The translations under genes were made by a program, and so were the position numbers. This document shows positions 57,614 to 64,000 of a stretch of DNA of 64,000 nt, piece by piece (positions within the stretch are counted from its first letter, which is position 1; the number at the start of each line of letters is the position of its first letter). The notes under the pieces are model-generated. The model did no database searches. It was given only the letters and a program-made list of their open reading frames with translations, and was not told where the DNA came from. The stretch is from a virus. Taxonomy: Duplodnaviria; Caudoviricetes. The stretch lies in IMG/VR virus record IMGVR_UViG_3300022602_000027. One strand, given 5' to 3'.

Positions 57614-58669
57614 TTATCCTAATGTCAGTGCTGTTTGTACGCCAATATCTTGAGCAGTACTTGAAGTTACACCACTGCTACTACCAGCAACACTTCCCCA
57701 GGTTGAGCCATTATAAACTTCAACATACCCTTGATCAGTATTAAATCGAATCATACCGGTTGTTTCATACAACGATGATGGGCGATTTGCTGTAGTACCT
57801 ACAGGAATTACAACTCCGTAAGTTCCATTAAATTGAAAGTAGCCGCTTCCTGTGTTAACAAATTGTGTTACGGCATTGTTAGAAGTATTTGTAAGTGTAT
57901 TTGTTGTAAATCTTAAATTACCTACTACAACACCTGCTGAACCAGTTGTATTAAAAACAACATCTGTGTTGCTATTAATGGCGCTGATACTGTTTCCAGT
58001 AATAGTTAGTCCACTAGTATTTGCAGTTGTAGCGTTAACTGTTGTAACGTTTGCTGTTGTTGATGTTAATGTGTTGGTATAGACATTTGCCCAAGTTAAA
58101 CTATTTGAACCTAATGTATATGTATTTGTTACTGATGGCAAAATATTACTATTAACTTCGCCAGTAAATGTAATAGTATCGTTGCTAGCGGCACCTAATT
58201 GAATATTTCCATCAGCCGTAATATTTCCAGTAGCATGTAAATTACCAGTTACTAGTACATTTGAATTTAGATTAATTACACCTGTACCATTAGCAGTAAA
58301 ATTAATAGCACCGCTCGCATTAGTAGATGCTAGAGTATTTCCAGTTAGACTTAAATTACCAACTAACGCTGTACCTTGATAGATAGTAGCATTTGATCCT
58401 TGTGGACTAAATGTAATTGTTGAGTTGTTAGTTGAAATTGTGCTACCTGAAAAGGTTAGCAATCCTAGTGTAGCTGACCCACTAGTGTATAAATTTGTTG
58501 TTCGGGTAGTTCCATTAACTGAGAGATCGTTCGTTGGACTAGAAGTATTAATACCCACGCGGCTATTAATAACATCTAAATAGAGAAGGTTCGTCTCGAA
58601 GGCTAAATTTTGCCCGTTGCGGAGCAAATTATCCTTTAAGAGCGGACCGGAAATTCGACCAACAGCCAT
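57614..58669 (-). CDS. Fibre/baseplate-associated structural protein (351 aa)
   Basis: GRISGPLLKDNLLRNG, RVGINTSSP, C-terminal GTTANRP...GMIRFNTD..VEVYNGSTW; AAGGAG SD. Confidence 0.7.
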   Translation of the reverse strand: MAVGRISGPLLKDNLLRNGQNLAFETNLLYLDVINSRVGINTSSPTNDLSVNGTTRTTNLYTSGSATLGLLTFSGSTISTNNSTITFSPQGSNATIYQGTALVGNLSLTGNTLASTNASGAINFTANGTGVINLNSNVLVTGNLHATGNITADGNIQLGAASNDTITFTGEVNSNILPSVTNTYTLGSNSLTWANVYTNTLTSTTANVTTVNATTANTSGLTITGNSISAINSNTDVVFNTTGSAGVVVGNLRFTTNTLTNTSNNAVTQFVNTGSGYFQFNGTYGVVIPVGTTANRPSSLYETTGMIRFNTDQGYVEVYNGSTWGSVAGSSSGVTSSTAQDIGVQTALTLG

Positions 58670-58785
58670 GAGCTCTCCTTGTACCCCCGTGTTTCACGGA
58701 TAACCACCTTTTCATCCCGTATAATTAGGGCTCTTTGCGGGTTTACCACAGTCGGATATCGTAATGCTTGGTCAAGCACTACAGT
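58670..58785 (-). ncRNA. Putative structured cis-regulatory 5' leader RNA
   Basis: About 115 nt, more GC-rich than its surroundings, between TAAATA (58796-58791) and the SD; several stems (GTAGTGCTT/AAGCATTAC, GTGG/CCGC, CCC/GGG, CCGTG/CACGG). Confidence 0.5.
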
Positions 58786-58820
58786 ATTAGTATTTAGCTG
58801 TTTTGATTTTTAAGGGTTGA

Positions 58821-60818
58821 TTACCCTAAGATTAAGTCCCAAGCATACATGGTATCGTTAACTTGGCTTTGAGTTAGTACCGCTGAAGTTCCTCCTACAG
58901 GATTCCAACTTGTTCCATTATAAACTTCACTGTAGCCTAGTGTTGAATTATATCGAACTTGCCCTTGAACTGGACTTGCGGGATAGTTGCTACTTGTACC
59001 TGCTGGAAATACAACACCGTTATTTCCTGTAAATTGAATATATCCATTTCCTGTGCTACTAAATGTTACTGTAGAACTAGGAAATGTTATGGTATTAGCT
59101 GTATTAAAATAATAGTTACCATTAAAATTTAAATATCCTGTACCAGAAGTACTAAAACTAATATCACTATTAGCGGTATTAGTAATAGTATTACTATTAA
59201 AATCAATATTTCCAGCAAATAAATCTGTTACAGTTACAGTAGTTGCGGCTAATGTTGTAGCAGTATCTATAACAGAATATAAATTACTCCATGATAAATT
59301 AGGGCCACCACTGACTGATAACCCATAAGTTGCGCCAACTGCATTGTAGTTATTTGTTATCTGTGTACTATTAAGTGCAACATTGTACACACGCATAGCA
59401 TAGTATGTACCAACACAGTTATCAGTAGGACCAATTCCACTGTTAGCATGTCTTGATGCAAAATATAATCCAGTAGTAGCATATCCTCCGCTAGGCCCTG
59501 TAAATGTTTTTGTACCTAATGATGTACCATTCTGATAAACTGTTACACTTGTTCCACTTATTACAAAGTCCCATACATTTATGTTTGTAATATTGGATAC
59601 AGTAAAATTAGCTGTTCCACTAGCACTACCAACGTTCAGAGATGTTGTTGAAAGAAAATATGCAAGGTACCCTTTTCCTGCGGACCAACTGTCATTGCCC
59701 CACATTGTTGACCAAAAAGTAGTTGGGTTAAGTGATGCAATCATACTAATAGTAAATGTATTGCTAGAAATATTATACACTGTAGAAATATATGTACCAG
59801 TTTCACTACCGCTAATACTAATTCCACCACCATCGTTACTTGTGTAACTCAAGTACGAATTATTACCAGCTAATGTTCCATTATTGCTGTTACCCGAAGT
59901 ATCAGTCCAAGTTGTTCCAACTGTAGCAGTACTAGGTGCCGTAGCTAAATTAATTTGTAAACCAGTTGTAATTATTGCAGGAGCACTACCTGCACTACCT
60001 AATGTGTAAGTATTAGTAACATTAGGTAAAATATTACTATTAACTTCTGCGCCAAACGTAATTGTTTCAGCGGCATTGGCGCCAAGTGTAATATTGCCGT
60101 CCCAGGTAATGTTTCCAGTAGCGTGTAAATTACCATTAGCTGTTACTTGAACACTGCCATTACCGTTGGCAAAATTAATTAATCCAGTTGTAGTTTGTGA
60201 AAAAGAGTAACTAACTCCAGATGAAAATACACCATTAGAAATAGTTATTGTAGTTGCCCCAGCATTAACATTAGTTACTATCCAAGTTGGTTGCCCAGTT
60301 ACATACCAAGTACCGTCTGCGGTGACTTGAGTTAAATTATTAGAACCAGTAAATCCAGAAGAAAACAATCCAACGTTGGTACTTGACCCTGATACATCTT
60401 GATAACTATTGGTTGTAATTGTAGAAGTATTAGGAGTAATGTTAATACTATCATTAGTTACAGTATCACTAAATGTATTACCATAAAGATATAAATTACT
60501 TGTACTTAGACCAGGTGTTACAATGCTAGGATTACTATTTTGACTAGGACTAATTGTAATAGTTGTTAGTACTTGCTGAATTGTACTACCGCTTACTACC
60601 CAATTTTGAATATCAGCAATATTATCAACTATCAAATTAGTTGAATCAATCGCACTAGGTGCGTATAAATCGCTAACTGGTGCATTATTGTTAGTACCAA
60701 TTCGTTTATTAACTACGTCAAGGTACAGAACTTTATTGTCAAATGCTAAGTTTGATCCATTACGTAGTAAATTATTTGCTAGTAATGGACCGCCTATTCT
60801 ACCTTGTTGGACGGACAT
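58821..60818 (-). CDS. Paralog of 57614-58669 carrying a LamG/concanavalin-A-like insertion (665 aa)
   Basis: GRIGGPLLANNLLRNG N-terminus; WTDTSGNSNNGTL...FTISMI...MRVYNVALNSTQITNNYNA; GQVRYNS..SEVYNGTSW. Confidence 0.7.
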   Translation of the reverse strand: MSVQQGRIGGPLLANNLLRNGSNLAFDNKVLYLDVVNKRIGTNNNAPVSDLYAPSAIDSTNLIVDNIADIQNWVVSGSTIQQVLTTITISPSQNSNPSIVTPGLSTSNLYLYGNTFSDTVTNDSINITPNTSTITTNSYQDVSGSSTNVGLFSSGFTGSNNLTQVTADGTWYVTGQPTWIVTNVNAGATTITISNGVFSSGVSYSFSQTTTGLINFANGNGSVQVTANGNLHATGNITWDGNITLGANAAETITFGAEVNSNILPNVTNTYTLGSAGSAPAIITTGLQINLATAPSTATVGTTWTDTSGNSNNGTLAGNNSYLSYTSNDGGGISISGSETGTYISTVYNISSNTFTISMIASLNPTTFWSTMWGNDSWSAGKGYLAYFLSTTSLNVGSASGTANFTVSNITNINVWDFVISGTSVTVYQNGTSLGTKTFTGPSGGYATTGLYFASRHANSGIGPTDNCVGTYYAMRVYNVALNSTQITNNYNAVGATYGLSVSGGPNLSWSNLYSVIDTATTLAATTVTVTDLFAGNIDFNSNTITNTANSDISFSTSGTGYLNFNGNYYFNTANTITFPSSTVTFSSTGNGYIQFTGNNGVVFPAGTSSNYPASPVQGQVRYNSTLGYSEVYNGTSWNPVGGTSAVLTQSQVNDTMYAWDLILG

Positions 60819-60832
60819 CGTAGTCTCCTAGC

Positions 60833-62581
60833 TTAGGCGTCAAAACCTAATAGTGCTGTGACTGTTTTACCGTAAGGTACTGGACTAGTAAACTGTAGAT
60901 AGTTACCAGTATATGAAATTGTAGGTTCAGTAAGAGTTAAAGAAGTTAACACTGGAATAGTACTAGTAATAACTGCTTTACTAATAGTTACATTTAACAA
61001 TGCATCAGTTGTAGGATCTGTATTATAACTTAAAACACAAGTAGGTACAGTAAATGTTAATCCGCTTGGACTACCTGCTGTTGTAGATATACCTGTTGTT
61101 GCTCCAGGATATGATCCTAATGTAAATGTAGTAGTTCCATTAGTAGCAATAATATAGTATGTGCCGTTAGATACAACTCCTGATCCACCATTAGTACCAC
61201 TAATTGTAACTGCTTGATTAACAGCCAATGTAGTTGATGTACAACTAAATGCACCAGCGTTGCTGGTAATTGAAACTGTAGATAGTGTTGTTGAATTAGG
61301 TATGCTAGCCGATCCACTTACTACTGCGCCAAGAATATTTACAGATGGATAAATTGCTGTTCCACTAGTAACTGTTCCTGCGGTAATCATAGATCCTGTA
61401 GCCACACATGTGTAACTTACACTTGAACTTGTGCTAGCGGTTACTGTATATTTTCCATTATAGCCTGTTGGAGTAAATCCTGCAACTACAATAGTATCAC
61501 CTATAGCAAATGGATTACCAGTTTGAGAAGCAAATCCAATAGTTGCTGTTACACCTGTACCAGTAATAGTTTCACTGGCTGTTAATGCTGTTGAGCTAAC
61601 TGTATAACTTGTAGCTGTTAAAGGTACAGGACTTCCACTAGTACCACTAGCAATTGATTGGCTTTGACTTAATGTATAAGTTCCCACACCGCCTGTACCT
61701 GAGCCAAGAGCTGAGATATAAGTACCTGGAGTCATATTGCTACCAGTTACTACCATACCTATAGTAATGATGCTTGATGTAACTGCTGTAACGTTTAAAG
61801 TTGTACTGCTTGCAGTAGTATAACCTGTAAATGCCGCTGAGTTTGCGGCTACAATAGTTTGTCCAGAAATACCAGTACCACTTAGTGTCATTCCAGTAGT
61901 AGGTGCTGATCCACTTGTTACTGTTAATGTAGTACCTGTAGTTGTTGATGGACCACTACCGTTAGAAATAAAACCAGTAAATGAAACTGATCCACTGCTA
62001 CTAGTACTTGTTCCAATTAAACTTGTACTAAAAAATATTTGTGTCGATGAAACTGTTGCCGCTTGACTAACAGTTCCAATATATGCTTCGCCAGCAATCG
62101 ATGGGCTAGCAGTTACTGAATAGTTTGCTCCGGATAATTGAAGAACGTTTTCAACAACTACTAAAATATTTTGTCCACCGTACTGTCCATTTGATGCACC
62201 GCCACTTTGCGGAATATCAGTTGAGTAGTAAAGTTTATTAGGAATGTATGCTGAATTTAAAGGACCAAATAAAGTAGTTTGTCCATCACCTGCACCTAAA
62301 TTTTGTTGTATAATTGCAGTAGGTTCTTTAAATCTTAAAGGTCTCCAGTTGGCTGTTGCGCTCCCTGTTGAACCTTGATATACTTCAACTTCGTTAGTTG
62401 TTGTATTGTATCGCATTGCACCTAAGTATGTTCCGTTTCGTTGAGACGTTGTTCCGTTAGGTAGTACTAGACTTCCTAAATTAACAGGACTTACGAACAC
62501 ATTGGTATTAGACACATCTGAATAAACAGTTGTATCGTTTGGTGTTCTACGATTAATGTTTTGGCGTTTTAAATATCTCAT
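60833..62581 (-). CDS. Modular structural protein (about 582 aa)
   Basis: Start re-called at ATG 62581 (MRYLKRQ), overlapping the upstream TAA; GTTSQR...GAMRYNTTTNEVEVY, NILVVVENVLQ, C-terminal FTSPVPYGKTVT. Confidence 0.7.
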   Translation of the reverse strand: MRYLKRQNINRRTPNDTTVYSDVSNTNVFVSPVNLGSLVLPNGTTSQRNGTYLGAMRYNTTTNEVEVYQGSTGSATANWRPLRFKEPTAIIQQNLGAGDGQTTLFGPLNSAYIPNKLYYSTDIPQSGGASNGQYGGQNILVVVENVLQLSGANYSVTASPSIAGEAYIGTVSQAATVSSTQIFFSTSLIGTSTSSSGSVSFTGFISNGSGPSTTTGTTLTVTSGSAPTTGMTLSGTGISGQTIVAANSAAFTGYTTASSTTLNVTAVTSSIITIGMVVTGSNMTPGTYISALGSGTGGVGTYTLSQSQSIASGTSGSPVPLTATSYTVSSTALTASETITGTGVTATIGFASQTGNPFAIGDTIVVAGFTPTGYNGKYTVTASTSSSVSYTCVATGSMITAGTVTSGTAIYPSVNILGAVVSGSASIPNSTTLSTVSITSNAGAFSCTSTTLAVNQAVTISGTNGGSGVVSNGTYYIIATNGTTTFTLGSYPGATTGISTTAGSPSGLTFTVPTCVLSYNTDPTTDALLNVTISKAVITSTIPVLTSLTLTEPTISYTGNYLQFTSPVPYGKTVTALLGFDA

Positions 62582-62907
62582 TATACTGGTAGTGTACTTA
62601 CAACAATTGATAGGTATGATGTTGTTCCTGATTGAACCCAAATAGCATCTCCGTTACCTAATACTAATTTTTCTTGATCTAAACTTACAGTTTCAGTTGC
62701 TGGAATTAGTAACGCATTTATAATTATGTTAGCAGTTGTGTTCGATTGCCCGCTAGGTACTGCCCATACTGTTACTGTATCTGCTGTGCTGGCATTACTA
62801 TTACAAATGATTATAGAAGTAATGGCATTGCCGATACTAGGACTAGTTACAGTTGGTAATGTTACTGCTGTTGCTGAAGTTGTTATTTGTTGTGCGTTTA
62901 ATGCCAT
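62581..62907 (-). CDS. Small beta-rich structural protein (108 aa)
   Basis: AITSIIICN, IPATETVSLDQEKLVLGNGD; same family as 35520-35858. Confidence 0.65.
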   Translation of the reverse strand: MALNAQQITTSATAVTLPTVTSPSIGNAITSIIICNSNASTADTVTVWAVPSGQSNTTANIIINALLIPATETVSLDQEKLVLGNGDAIWVQSGTTSYLSIVVSTLPV

Positions 62908-62916
62908 AATCTGTCC

Positions 62917-64000
62917 TTATAGTAAAATACTTAGCAGTACTGCTCGTTTTCTACTTATTAATTCATCTGCTGTTTGTACTGTACTATTTACAATATACAA
63001 ACCTGTGCGTCCTGGTCCAACAGTAGAACTTGAATACATTTGTGTGCTAGAACTCATTGTACCACTGTTATAACTTAATGTTGCTTGATTGTCAAATCTT
63101 GTATAAGCATTAACTTCAATAGTGCCACTATTTGCAGTCAATATTAAATTGTTACTGCTAATATCGTTAATAGTGTCACCATATATACGAACACTACCTA
63201 CTGTTAAACTTCCGCTGGCGCTAGTTGTAGTTCCGCTTGAGGCAGTTCCTGTAACTGCGGCAAAGTATCCAATTGGATTTGTTATGACAGGATTGTTTAC
63301 ATTAAACTGAATTTGTCCTGTTGCGGCAGTTGTACCTGTAATTGCAACACTTCCAAACGTACTGTTGGTAAATGTTAATCCAGTTGTTGTTCCTGCTGTA
63401 GTTGCTAATGCTACATTACCTAAAGTTTGTAGTGTAAATGTATTGTATCCGTTAGTTGCTGAAATTTTATAAGTTGATGTTACTGGATAGTTGACAATAC
63501 CACCTGATCCAGTTAGTGTTCCACTTATTGTAATTTGCATTCCAACAAACAAGGAAGCGTTACTACAGAAAAATTGTCCGGCAGTTCCGGTAATTATAAC
63601 TCCACTAAGAGTTGGAGTTAAAGGAAATTGTATAATATTAGTAAGAGCTTGTCCCCAATTAGAGCCTGTATAACTGCTGGCTACATAATTGTTCAAGTAC
63701 TGAATATTTGGAATATGATAATTTGATAATCCTAAACTAGCATAATTGTATGCGCTAGAATTTAATGTATTTGTTACACCATCATATACTGCACCAGAAT
63801 TAACAATAGACAATGCGTAAGCTCCGCCTTGCAAATCAAATGCTAAGTCGCCGCTTGTGTCTGTTGTAATTGTTCTTAATTGAAGTGCGTTTAAAACTTG
63901 TGCGCCATCTGTTGCGCCTGTTCTTAGTACAAATGTACCTGTGCCAGTTAATGGACTAACAGTTCCTGATTCGCCAGGAATTGTTGAGTCGTAATGTTTA
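62917..64000 (-). CDS. Structural protein, 5'-truncated by the window edge
   Basis: Frame stays open upstream of the track start (KHYDSTIPGESG...DLAFDLQGG) to the window end; C-terminal GRTGLY...DELISRKRAVLLSILL. Confidence 0.7.
   Translation of the reverse strand, partial: KHYDSTIPGESGTVSPLTGTGTFVLRTGATDGAQVLNALQLRTITTDTSGDLAFDLQGGAYALSIVNSGAVYDGVTNTLNSSAYNYASLGLSNYHIPNIQYLNNYVASSYTGSNWGQALTNIIQFPLTPTLSGVIITGTAGQFFCSNASLFVGMQITISGTLTGSGGIVNYPVTSTYKISATNGYNTFTLQTLGNVALATTAGTTTGLTFTNSTFGSVAITGTTAATGQIQFNVNNPVITNPIGYFAAVTGTASSGTTTSASGSLTVGSVRIYGDTINDISSNNLILTANSGTIEVNAYTRFDNQATLSYNSGTMSSSTQMYSSSTVGPGRTGLYIVNSTVQTADELISRKRAVLLSILL

Noticed and set aside
58670-58785. Assignment of the leader to the c-di-GMP, ZTP, hammerhead or pistol families
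   Set aside because: Isolated words such as GCAAA and GAAA occur, but the required conserved cores and stem order are absent; left unassigned
4779-63673. Numerous short opposite-strand or alternate-frame ORFs in the track (for example 4779-5174, 6323-6664, 37042-37359, 43783-44160)
   Set aside because: They lie wholly within well-supported genes, lack SD or promoter context, and are expected shadows of Thr/Ala/Gly/Val codon bias
1-64000. Stop-codon reassignment
   Set aside because: Genes are full length in the standard code, and TGA (3657, 24591, 25801) and TAG (28200) act as stops at coupled gene junctions
1-64000. CRISPR array or tRNA genes
   Set aside because: No regularly spaced repeat-spacer units; the few intergenic gaps contain no cloverleaf or T-loop consensus

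Overview
AT-rich 64-kb segment of a large T4-like myovirus genome, densely coding, standard genetic code. From the left: a minus-strand recombination/replication block (uvsW, uvsY, uvsX, gp32), packaging and head genes (large terminase, probable small terminase, gp4, probable internal head proteins), tail tube and sheath, an HNH gene, dNMP kinase and divergent neck genes gp13/gp14/gp15. Then a plus-strand cassette at 22876-31586: Nudix, six 2OG-Fe(II) oxygenases, an SGNH-like protein, a small Cys-rich protein and two flavin-dependent halogenase-family proteins. The right half (31587-64000) is a minus-strand fibre/baseplate region with three paralogous Gly-rich fibres, two giant paralogous proteins (3932 and 2893 aa) and several modular structural proteins. 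TAAATA late-promoter boxes, sigma70-like promoters, terminators and two structured 5' leaders are visible. No tRNA, CRISPR array, intron/intein or DGR was seen. All product calls come from motif recognition by eye; no database search was run.
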